Assembly: GCF_009914755.1 (NCBI RefSeq)
Contig: NC_060929.1
From: the human T2T-CHM13v2.0 reference genome, Homo sapiens
Direction: 5' to 3' (one strand)
DNA length: 64,000 nt
Part shown: piece after piece, positions 42,180 through 55,027 of the stretch
Position numbering within the stretch: the stretch's first letter is position 1
Layout: each line of letters opens with the position of its first letter
Notes under the pieces: generated by a model
What the model was told of the DNA's origin: nothing
The model's input: only the letters and a program-made list of their open reading frames with translations
Database searches by the model: none
Program-made: the position numbers and the translations under genes

Positions 42180-44322
42180 CATTTATTTATTTATTTTACA
42201 GACTTTATGTTTGTAGAGCAGTTGTTTTAGTTTCCTAGCAAAACCGAGCAGAATATACAGAGATTTCCCACATACTCCCTGCCTCTCACATGCATAGCCT
42301 CCTCCATTATCAACATATTTGGTAGTTTCTTACAAAATTAAACATTTACCATATGAACCAACAATCACGCTCCTTGGTGTCTACAAGGAGTTGAAAACTT
42401 ATGTCCACACAAAAACCTGCACATAGATGTTTCTAGCAACTTTATTCATAATTGTCAAAACCTGGACGCAATCAAGACCTCCTTCAGAGGCGAATGAATA
42501 CATAAACTGTGGTAAATCCACACAGTGGAATATTATTTGGCACTAGAAAGAAATAAGCTACCATGCCGCAAAAAACACATAAAGAAAACTTAAATGCATA
42601 TTATTAAGTGAAAGACGTCAATCTGAAAAGGCTACATTACTATACGATTCCAACTCTATGACATTCTGGAAAAGGCACAATTATGGAACCAGTAAAAAGA
42701 TCACTTGTTGCCGAAAGTTGGGGTTGGGGGTGGGAGAATGAATAGGCAGGTCACAGAGAATTTTTACAGTGATAAAAATATATGATTATGTTGTCGGCAA
42801 AGCCCGAGTCTTGTCCTCTCGCTCTCCTCCCCGGACAGCATGAGCTTCACCACTCGCTCCACCTTCTCCACCAATTACCAGTCCCAGGGCTCTGTCCTGG
42901 AGCCCAGCTACGGTTCCCTGCCAGTCAGCAGTGCAGCCAGCATCTATGCAGGAGCCGGGGGCTCCGGTTCCCAGATCTGCGTGTCCCGCTCTGCCGGCTT
43001 CCAGGACATGGCGGCATGGGGCCTGGGAGCCTGGCAGGAATGGAAGGCATCTAGAACGAGGAGACCCTGCAAAACCTGAACGACCTACCTGGACGAGTGA
43101 GGAGCCTGGAGACCGAGAACTGGAAGCTGGAGAGCAAAATCTGGGAGCACCTGGAGAAGAAGGGACCCTAGGTCAGAGACTGGAGCCATTACTTCAAGAC
43201 CATCGAGGACCTGAGGGCTCAGATCTTTGCAAATACTGTGGACAATGCCCGCATCATTCTGCAGGTCAACAATGACTGCCTTGCTGCTGCTGACTTTAGA
43301 GTCAAGTATGAGACACAGCTGGCCATGCGCCAGTCTGCGGAAAGCGACATCCGTGGGCTCCACAAGGTCATTGATGACACCAATGTCACTCGGCTGCAGC
43401 TGGAAACAGAGATCGAGGCTCTGAAGGAGGAGCTGCTCTTCATGAAGAAGAACCACGAAGAAGAAGTAAAAGGCCTACAAGCCCAGACTGCCAGCTCTGG
43501 GTTGACCATGGAGGTAGATGCTCCCAAATCTCAGGACCTCGCCAAGATCGTGGCAGACATCTGGCCCCAATATGACGACCTGGCTCGGAAGAACTGAGAA
43601 GACCTGGACAAGTGTCGGTCTCAGCAGATTGAGGAGAACACCACAGTGGTCACCATGCAGTCCGCCAAGGTTGGAGCTACTGAGATGACGCTCATGGAGC
43701 TGAGATGTACAGTCCAGTCCTTGGAGATTGACCTGGACTCCATAAGAAATCTGAAGGCCAGCTTGGAGAACAGCCTGAGGGAGGTGAAGGCCCGCTACAC
43801 CCTGCAGATGGAGAAGGTCAATGGGATTTTGCTGCACCTGGAGTTAGAGCTGGCACAGACCCAGGCAGAGGGACAGTGCCAGGGCCAGGAGTGCCAGGCC
43901 CTGCTGAATGTCAAGGTCAAGCTGGAGGCTGAGATCACTACCTACCGCCGCCTGCTGGAAAATGGTGAGGACTTCAATCTTGGTGATGCCCTGGACAGCA
44001 GCAAATCCATGGAAACCATCCAAATACCACTACCCGCTGGATAGTGGATAGCAAAGTGGTGTCTGAGACCAACGACACCAAAGTTCTGAGACATTAAGCC
44101 AGCAGAAGCAGGGTACCCTTTGGGGAGCAGGAGGCCAATAAAAAGTTCAGAGGTCAAAAAAGTATACTATGATGTTAGATATATGTCATTGTTCATTTGT
44201 CCAAAGACTGTCCTTAGAATGTGCAACACCAAGAGTGAACTGTAATGTGAACTATGGATTTTGGGTGATAATGATGTGTCAATGTAAGTTCATCAATTGT
44301 AACAAGTGTACCACTTGTTGAT
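42180..44322. mobile_element. L1MC-type 3' end with 5' inversion (42180-42317 minus; 42318-42789 and 44162-44322 plus), split by the KRT18 retrocopy
   Basis: aatctgaaaaggctaca...cattctggaaaaggc on plus; terminal segment and (TTTA)n tail on minus. Confidence 0.8.
42790..44161 (+). pseudogene. KRT18P: Keratin 18 processed pseudogene (locus number not determinable)
   Basis: 5'UTR, then ATG 42840 MSFTTRSTFSTNY; rod DNARIILQ...LKEELLFMKKNHEEEV, KVKLEAEITTYRRLLE; native stop TAA 44095-44097; AATAAA 44137-44142; short A tail; no introns; premature stops at 43052, 43169 and 43595 plus frameshifts. Confidence 0.97.
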
Positions 44323-46858
44323 ACCATTAGGTCCAATTTCTTTGAATATACTGGTAATGAATAATACATTGTAATTAGGGGATATTACCACTTTAGAGTA
44401 AATTAATGATATGTTCCATTCCTTCTCCTCTTTCCTGTATTTTCATTGTGAAAACCCAAAAGAATTTATGTGGAGAACAAAAATTTCTTAGTTTGCGGGG
44501 AGAAGAGAGAAAACGAAGCAGGGAAAGCTAGCACCCTATTTGTAGGATCAGAACAGGTACTTATCAGAACAATTGAAAGGCACAATACGTGAGTTTCACA
44601 GGCAGTGGGGAGAATGTGTTTGAGAGCCGGGGCTCAGCCCTGAGAGGGCAGGTCTTAGTGAAAATATGTGGGCATTAGGTGCTCCTGATGGGAGAGAAGG
44701 CAACAAAAGGGGGCACTAGAGGTGTTGATATCAAAGCAGCTGTTGCACATATTTTTTCACAGAGCCAGCCACACTTCAGCTATGCTGCACCCACATTTAT
44801 CTAGAAACAAATAAGGTGCATGAAAGCTCCTAGGGCTTTAAGCTTTTAAAAAGCTCAATGCAATTTCCAGCTTTTGCAGTTATTTAATCAAGGCAAGCAA
44901 GAGGGTTATAAATTCAACAACTTTGTGATTGAGATTAATGTGCTCAGAAGTTAACTCTTGCCTTCACAGTCAACTGAGAAGAGAACATCAGACATTAAAA
45001 ATTCTCTAAATTAAATCTGCCTGCTTGGTGGCCTAAAACAAAACATGGCTCCTAGAATATAACCTTTTCATGGTTGGCAGCACAGCCAGATTAAGTGGTG
45101 GCCAGTTAGGACATTAACCTAGACTTGCAATCTGTAAAGGCTGATAAAGCATCACTAATAATGTCACAAAATGAGTAAACATGGTTTCAAACCAGAATTT
45201 ATTTCTGGAAGACTGTTCTATGACTAGAAGGAAACTTTTTATTATATTATATAAGGCTGATGATAAACTAGCCAAGAAGTTTTCTTAAAACTCTGTCTTC
45301 ATTTAAGCTGAGACTTCAAAAGCTGAGAATAACACAACGAGTTATAGATATCAAGTGATGCTCATATTCTTAAAATAAAGTGCTAATCCACCATGCAAAG
45401 AAGCTCCACCAATTTTGCAGGTTTAGGCAAGCACCCATTTGAGGCTATAGACAGGTGTGAGTTGAAGTTGTTAGGTTGGGGGAGAGTAGTGGTTTTTGGA
45501 GGAAGTTAGTGGAGTACTGTGGCTGTCCCATCCTAGGCAATGTTAGGGTGGTAGAGTGTGTTTACCCCCACCTTAAGGAAGAAGAGCTTAAAGAAAATTA
45601 CTTAAAAAGTTTGACTTATGTTCCTGAGGTTTGTAGGGAGCTGTGACTGGACAAGTATAAAGACGGGAGAGTATGGCTGCCTTGGTGGCGTCAAGAGACG
45701 AAGCAGCACAGTGGGTACAAGGCTCACAGAGGCCAGTATGTAGACTGCTGGGCTGGCTGGTCACACTTTGAGATTCAGCTAGTAGCAGGTAAGGTGACAA
45801 GCTCTCATGAAATGTTTTTTCCAAGTGGTTTCAGGTAGATTCCTATCACACAGCAAAAGCAAGATCACTACGGTGTTAGTTCCTCACCTCTCTAATGCTG
45901 GAATACAGTGCCAGGGGGTGGTGACACCGAATGAGAGGGGTGGTGTGGTAGTGGCTATTCTGCTGCTGAGGAGCAGACTCTAAACTATAGCCAAGCACTT
46001 TTACAGACTTACACAAAAACCTACAGCCATACTCTAAGAGGAGGGTGGGGGAGGGGAGAAGCCAGTAGAGAGCCCTATTCTCAACTGAAATTAGGGAGAT
46101 GTATGAGAAATAGTCTTGTGGCTATCTTCCACCAGATGGAAAGACAGATGAGAAACTGCCTCATGGCAGCTCTTCACAAGGCTGCTTCTCTTCCTCTACT
46201 TCTGGGAGGAATCACGGGGCTTTCAGCAAAGACTTGGGTCAGACTGTGATAAAGCCTTGCATACAGTGGCCCACGTGGAAACATTCAAGGTGGTGAGGGA
46301 GCTATGGTGATGCTGTCTCCCAAAGTCTGCCTTGGAATGACAGGTAGAAGAAGACTGCATTGGGAAGTTGTTGCTTTGAATTTTGCTTGAACTTGTAGCC
46401 TGGAGGGTTGATGGGATCCTGCATTGTGGGGATCAACTGCATGCAGAGACCCGAGGCTAGGGCAGAAATCAGGAGCTGCAAGCGGAAGGAGGTACACACT
46501 CAAATTGTCTGAGTATAGTTGGAGGTTCTCAGTTTGGAAATCTCAGAAAAACTCTCAGAAACCACCAACAAGGAAAAAGTCAGCCTTGAATATGCACCAA
46601 GCCCAGAGACTGGCAATGTCTTGTCACAACAGCACCAACAAGTACAGCCTCTCCTGCTGCACTTTCAACAGCACCCCAGAGTCAGAATCTGTCTAATGAG
46701 GGTGGGGTGCTCTGAAAGAAGTACAGAGAAAAAAGAAAAGGCTGATCATGCATGCTCTTTGCCATTAGAGATTTTCAGCTGGAAGTCACCCAATATGGAG
46801 GAAGAGAGAAGCTTTACATTTGACTAAAGTTTGCACTTTTGGTGATGACTGATATTGA

Positions 46859-47260
<402 letters not shown>

Positions 47261-50200
47261 TAGCCCATGAGAGGATTTAAGGAACAGTAATAAAAAGAAT
47301 AACATTATTTTCTCCTTGTATCCTACTTGGTTCCACTTTTTTTTTTACATCAAGGCTACATCAACAACAGTAGATGGTGAGAAACTAACAACAGCAAGGT
47401 GAGTTTCCTTTTGCTGAGTAGGGTATGGAAGTTTGAGCTGGAGTTGAATTGCCTAGGGAATCTGAAGAAGGACTGAAGCTGACCCCCAGCTCCTTCTTTT
47501 CTGCCTCCCTCCCCTCCCCACATTTAAATAAATATTGAAAAAATGTTTAAGAAGTATAGATGTGAAGGAGTGCCATATTATTAGTCTGTTTGCTGCAGCA
47601 CAGACTTTGGTCCAGCCGTGGCCCAAGATTTGTTTCCCGCCTAGACTAAGAATCAAGTTGTAGGTAACTCTAAGGTGAATAGTTTTGAAAGAAGAGCTGG
47701 AGCACTTCCTATTCCCAACTGGCCATCTTTATGACCATTTACTTGGGTTTTTAAAAATTGATCAGAGAATATGACTGTCTTCCTGAGTAGGCCACAGATT
47801 TAATATGGAGGTGATTTATGCTTTATTATTAGGGCACATACTGTCTGGCAAGTTTCAGTGTTTTTGAGAAGTGAAACAACTTTTACATACATCTGCAGGT
47901 ACCATATGAAGATAGTGTGCTTTCAAAAGATAATTTTTTAAAATAGAACAATTTGTTATAATCAGGCCCCATTCAACAGTTCTTAGCTCTGGAAAAACTT
48001 GTACCTAGGTAAAAACTGGTTGATGATTCATGGCTGGATGAGAACTAGAGCATTTGGCCACTAAAAATAGTGCTTAAGAGTTTCAGAGATTTTGTTATTG
48101 TCTTAACAACCAATCAGAATATTTTTCTCTTCATTCTACATAACCAACATAAATATTCAACTTTTGTTTTCTAAATACCAAGACTAATACTTCTCTGATC
48201 AAATAGAAGCTGAATGTTGGAGCTCAGGTTTCATAGAATGGTAGAACTCAAAATAACCTTGAATTATCTGTTGGCTCCATCTATGTGAATGTCCCTAGAC
48301 CAGGAATTTTAGTTTATTTTTGTGGTATCCCACATATAAACCAGGGAACCACAAGGTGAAATTTTAAATACTCAGAATTAATTAACTTTAAAATGACGTG
48401 CTTTAACATACTCTTGGTAGCATCATTGGAGTATAATAAAATAAAGCATATAGTGAAGATGTCTTAAGTCCAAAAGGTTGGATTTCAGTGTCTGAAACCT
48501 GTCAAAGTGGAAGGTGGTCTGCTTAGACTTTCCAGGAAGGGAGCACCAAGAGACTGCCTTAGCAACCCATTCCAGTATTTTTTCAATGCATATTTGATAA
48601 GCAGGTAATCCCCATGGTAGGTGCTGTCTAGTGTCCCACATACTACATGAGGGAAAAAGTATATTCCCTGTGAATATAATTGGAATGAACAGAATTCTTT
48701 TTAGTGTAAAATGAGTCAGGGCAATTCTCACATCCATATAACTGGGGTAGGGGGACATGATGGTGATAGTTGGACACGGAGCAGGTAGAATCTTCCCCGT
48801 CAACTTATACTCACAAAGATGAGAGTTATTTCACATAAAAACCATTCAAAACATATATACTACCACCAAAGCAAAACTCAAGAGATCTCACCACTTCCTT
48901 TTCCTATTCTAAAGTCAAATAGTACCCACATTTTTCTGTCAAAGCTGTCCCTTATGTTAACTTATACATGACTGTTTTTGTGTGAACATTGTTTCAAGCT
49001 CTGAGTACCTGGATAATTTGTTCTGGATCTTTAACTGCTTAGATAGTTCTGGACCTCTTCCCACCTGGAAACAATTGCAAAGGGAGGAACAAAGAGTCGT
49101 CCAAACCTCTGCCCACATATAGGCTGTTCTTCATTGTCACCAGAAGGCCTCATAAACCATCTCGCCATCTATTGTCTTCCTTACAGTCTTGGCCCAGTTC
49201 CTGATGTATTTCTCCAGGTGCTCTTTGGGTTTCCCTTCTGAGTCCTTGCAGGATTCTTCCATTCTGCTCTTGCACCAAACCTCTGAAGAATAACATCTTT
49301 CTGACTTCCACAAGAAATCCCAAACCATCAATTATATCACAATATTTGGAGGTTTGTGGGGTCTGAGGGAAGGATCACATTGGTGCCATCGTACTGGTCC
49401 CTGGTTGTGTCTGCTTCCTCAGATCCTCCTCTAGTTGTCATCTGCTGCCTTCCCAATGTCTGTGTTTCTACTATGTGATACTCTTTCCTACTTTCTTGCT
49501 TCAACTGCCTTGGAAAAAGCATTTTTCCCCCTGCAATTCTGGCAAATTAAATATTTTCACCTTGTTATATAAATATTTAAAAACTCTGATGGTTCTTAAA
49601 TCTAGTAAATATTTTTTAAGAGTAAGATGAAGAGAAAAAAAACCTTTCAACTGTCATGAATGGGCTTTCCTGGGGGAGAGGGGAAGAAGTCTAAAGTTCA
49701 TACATAACCTATAGGTAAATATACTTAAAGCTGCCCACAAAGGCTTTCAGATTTGTCTAAGGTGGGCTGTGATGTGTAACTGAAATATGTTCTAAAGGCA
49801 TAATTTACTGAATGATGGGAAAATTTTCCTGGAAGTTAAATATTGGTTTTAAATGAATTGTTTCTTTCCATTTATGGGGACTAAGACTGTCAACATACTG
49901 CTGTGTGCTCTTCCTTTTTCTCATGTGATTAATCAGAACAGCTTAATTGTGCCTTCTGCTCAGCTAGGAACATACATTGTTAGTATGTTACATTCGTTAT
50001 TGTCTTGGTTGTCTCTATATACAACCAAGATCTATGAATAGAAATTATCAATTAGATTAACTGAAAATTGAGTTCAAGGAAAATATACAACTCTCATAAT
50101 ATGATCAACTCATATTTCTTGCAAAAATTATAAAAATAAGCCAGGTTTTCTTTTGGTCTTGCATAAAAATACACAGAGAAATTTAACAGTATTCTAAAAT

Positions 50201-50979
50201 TTCAGTCTGGCATTATCTTCAAGGAAAAGAGACATTTAAGAGATAAATATTTATTTATGAGATATGGTTAGATATGAATGATGGAATAGTTGTCAGATGG
50301 AGCAGGTTATTTGTGTTTTCACATAAGGTAAAAGGCATACTCTGAGAAAAAATTTTTATATAAAGTATGATGTACTCAGTAAAAACGGAAATTGGCTTGA
50401 ATTATACTTGGAATTAGTCTAATGTTGTGATAGATTATCTTGATTATAGCAGAAGTGAGTCTTTCTAGACTTAAGGCATTCTATAGTGGTGTATACGTTG
50501 TCATGGAAACTCCCCAAAATGTATTCATACACTATTTGGGGGCATTTCCACCGTACCGATTGACAAGTGGCTGATAGAGAAAGACTGTTCAGTTGATAGC
50601 TTACCAGAGTAGTTTTGGATTGGACCTCAGAGGAAAAGATAATGATTAGTTAGAATGCATGTGTTACTTTGCATTTTTCAAACTATTTTGACATTCAAGT
50701 TTGGTATTCTTCACAAAATTTATGCTGTAGGTCAGTATTCTGATTGCCCTCTTTACTTAGCTGAGAAAACAAAGGATTGTAGGTCTAGGAAGCATTTTCA
50801 AGGCATAGTCCTTAAGCAAGACCATAATTAAGTCACCAGGAATAAATTGTTCTGCATTTTATTCTAAGAAATCTTGAGTTTATTTGCAACCTTCTAATGG
50901 AAAAGTGTTTTTTTTTTAAAAAAAATTCAGTCTGTATCTCTCAAAATTTCAGCACATTTGTCACCAACAATAACAATAA

Positions 50980-51270
50980 ATACAAGATTTCAATGTATTG
51001 AACACTGGATATGCGCTAAGTACTAAACTTGTTCCATTCATTATTTTACTTTTTCTCTCACAACAGTTCTGTGAAGTAGGTCTTGTTAACACTATTTACA
51101 GAAGAGAAACCTGATTCAGATTAATTATATTATATTTAAATATTTATTTAATATTTTATTATTAATATTTTATTATCACCAAGTTTATTATAAAGTGGTA
51201 GAAGCAGAATTAGAAACCAGGTCTGTTTGATTCATAAGCCTGAGGGCTTACTCATTTTGCCATGCTTTCT
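50980..51270 (-). mobile_element. MIR
   Basis: tctcacaacagttctgtgaagtagg ... tttacagaagagaaacctga ... agaaaccaggtctgtttgatt. Confidence 0.7.
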
Positions 51271-52194
51271 GTTGCCATTTTATAGTTGCATCCAAAATGC
51301 ATTTGTTGTGCATAGCACTGTGATAAGCATTGTACATTAACATGCTTTTGAAGTTGGGGGGTGCTAAAAAAACAAAAGTGCTAGGATTAGGGAGCCAGGC
51401 TTCAAACCCAGACAGGACTAGTTTGTAGCTACTGCTCTCTCTGATTATTGGAAATATTTGATGAGGTTAAATTACAATGCCAGCCTCAGGGCTTGGTGTA
51501 GAGGTATAGAACAGATGGTCAATCCATTCTCCCTAAGTTTCACAAGGAGAACTATTCTCACCCAATTCATTCCCCTCACTTCAAGGAGTTAGCCTATCCA
51601 GAATGCAAACATTCCTTCATTCAACAGATACTTGCTGAACTCTTACTGCCAAACACTGCCCTAAGTGTGCTGATATAATAGTCAACAACACAGACCATAC
51701 TTTAGCTCATCCAGTGCCATTTTCCTGCTAAAATCCTTCAAGGATGCCCCATTACTTATGGGATAATATTCACACCCCTTAGCAAGGAACTATTAGTAAA
51801 TTAGAGGAATTTACCATATAGTTTGGAGAACATGCTAAAAACAGGAGACCTGATAGGGAGAGAGAAGGCAGAGAGGGTGAGAGACGGCTGTAAAGAAGGC
51901 AGGAGGCTGATAGCCTATGCAGGACCATGGACTAGAGTTCAGGAGAGCGTGAATTCTGCCTCCAGCTTTGAGCAACATATACGTTGTTCACTTCTCTGCC
52001 CTGACTCCTCGTTACCCTCTAAGTTCCGTGATGACAGGATTGTGGCCCCCTCATTGGCATATCCCTATGGACTGAGCCAGGCTTGGCACATACAAAGAGT
52101 CTAAATGCTCCAAAATAAAGGTTCTAAGTATTTGTGGAAACTTAAGTTTCTAAAACCATCTGGGTCATAGTTTTCTTCTGAAAATGAGGTCACA

Positions 52195-52362
52195 TAGATC
52201 CTTGCAATACAAAATGTGGACCACAGATAGACAATATTGGCTACACCTGTGAACTTTTTCCAAGCAAAGAATCCCAGGCTTCATCCCAGATAACTGTGAG
52301 TCTGTTTCTTCACAGGATCCTCAGGTGATTTGTGTGCACATTAATGTTTAAGCTACACTGGA
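52195..52362. mobile_element. MER5A-type hAT element
   Basis: aaaatgtggaccacaga ... caggatcctcaggtgatttgtgtgcacattaatgtttaag. Confidence 0.65.
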
Positions 52363-54604
52363 CCCAATCACTTTTATAACTGATTAGTAATTTTAAGACA
52401 AAGTATGATCAACTCTATAATACTACACTCTAATAGTGTCTGTAGTTTTTATAAATATCAGGGGACAAAAAGCAAGGGCAGGGCCCAAGTAAACTGCAAC
52501 AGGATAGACTGAAATCCTGTAAACCTCTTCGGAAACACTGGCACCCAAGAGAGAAGGACTTTATAGCTCCTGACAAAGTTAGAAGGCTGTAGACAGAACA
52601 GATTGCATTTATCAACCTGGAAACGTTAAAGAAACTTTGTTCTTTTGTGCAATCATTTAGCAATAAGGTAAGGCTTGCCAGCTAGATTTATTGGGATATT
52701 GGATTTTATGTTTCCTGTATCGAATAATATTTTTTACATTGTTTATGTCTAAATAAATCTGTCTTCTATTTTACATCGCCCTGTTGTATTGCTGCTTACA
52801 GATAAAGGGTTCAGGTAGCATAATTTGCTCTGCCCTTGGGACATGCTGCCATACGTTAAAACCCAGTTGCACAGAGACTATAGCAGAGAATTTCAATGTG
52901 CTCTGAAAAGTTGCACAGAAATAGTGATTAAAAAAAAAGACCACCAAGAAGAGGTGATTTCTGATTTTGCTCTGCCTAGTCTTTGCCTGGCAGGTACTGA
53001 TTATGAGTGAAATTCAAACCGAAAGATGATAATTTCAAAGTAAAGTCTATGCTGTAAAACCCTTGCATACAATCCAATCCTTGCACCAGCTGTTTTGTAA
53101 CATATGGCTTTATGTCCATCAATATTCATTAATGTTTGACTCTTTTTATGGTATACATACAAAAATTAAATCACTAAATAATAATAAAAAGAAAAAAAGG
53201 CAACCAGATTAGTTTAAAATATAACTTAAAATTTCACAAAGGAAATAATGACTATTGTAAGAAAAATTAATATAGACCTTTCTTTGTGCTTATAAAGGAA
53301 TAGAAATGTGCTCTCACATTGAAAAAGAAGGATAAAATATGTCCATTTGTATTACAGTCTTTATCCGTTAGTCTGTTTTATGATTTGATTTCAGGTTTTC
53401 ATTGTTCCAATGCAATTTTCCAGATTGAATCTTAAAAGGATTATAAACCACAGAAGTCATTTTAAATTCTACACGGACTTAATACACCAACTGCAATTCT
53501 ATGCATCTGTCTTTCAAATTCTATAAAATATTTGTTGACACTTTCCCTTTCACTTGTTTTTTACAATATATTTTGTATAAAAATTTGTCAAGCACTGATG
53601 CCTGTCTTATTGATATGTTTTAAAATGTGGCAGCTAATCAGCATAATTTCAATGTCAAATATGCTGGTGTTTTAAATTTTTTTCTGTATTAAAATACTAT
53701 CCCCAATTTAAATCAGTTGATAATGCAACAAAAATAAATACAAGCTTAAGTTTAAAAAAAAGCACTTTTTTCCTCTTCTAAGTCTCCATGCGACAAAAGG
53801 ATGGCTGTGTCTTTCTCTTCCACTGTAAAATGGGGCCACTGTTGATAGCACTGGGAAACTTAAATGGTCTGTCTTCCTGAGCACCCTTGGAAGATGGACT
53901 GTATTTCAAATGGAACTGGGAAAAGAGAAGAGAAATGAATTCCTCTATCTGGAAAAATAAGAACAGCAGACCCAGATTACTTAGGCAAGTTGGCTAATGG
54001 GACACTTATTTTGCAAGCCTTAAAAAAAAATGTAGCCAGTATCTCCCTCAATTATTCTCCTCATAATTCAAGGAGATTGTTCTTACTATTTGCCTGAGAT
54101 CCAAGTGTAAGGCCCTAGGCCAGGTTTACCTGGGAGATTCAGACATGTTCAAGAGGTAGGTGAGGCTTCCAGAGAAGCTTCAGGGGAATAATTACATTTG
54201 GAGCAGACAAAGTATAGAGAATAAGCTTTATTGGAAGGAATTCAGCCTAAGGGAGTCGGAATTGAGGCAGGCACATCACATCTGAAGATAGATTTTGCAT
54301 GCAATAATGCGTGTTCACTGCCAGCACATCCTCTGGTCTTTCCACCTCCATCCCCACTCTTTTCTGTTCTTGAGATTTGTTCCTAAGCTCAAGGAAGAGA
54401 AACCTGAGAACTAAGGTAGCCCTGCCTCTGACTCACATAACAGAGGGGCACACAAATGTGGCGTGAGATATTTTATCCCTTTCAGGAAAATTAGTATTGA
54501 GGGATGGTGAAGTATGAAACAGAGGATTGTCAGTGAGTTCAAATTAGCAACAAACTACGTCTTTGCAATGGCCAGAAGTCTACGTGGCTAGTGTCAGAAG
54601 TAGA

Positions 54605-55027
<423 letters not shown>

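Noticed and set aside
43085-43837. Antisense ORFs over the keratin sequence
   Set aside because: Shadow frames of codon-biased coding sequence
42840-44097. Functional keratin gene
   Set aside because: Intronless, with multiple stops and frameshifts, an A tail, and embedded in an L1
46424-46827. Overlapping 90-102 aa ORFs
   Set aside because: Non-ATG starts, no recognisable homology and no convincing splice context
49009-49064. Minus-strand 56-nt exon candidate
   Set aside because: Good acceptor but weak donor (gtactc), and the peptide is unrecognised
52027-52073. C/D box snoRNA-like GTGATGA...CTGA
   Set aside because: Too short, no terminal stem, and in L2-like sequence
53340-53530. Possible minus-strand terminal exon or hAT transposase relic (NLKDRCIELQLVY)
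   Set aside because: Weak acceptor, very short frames and no identifiable protein
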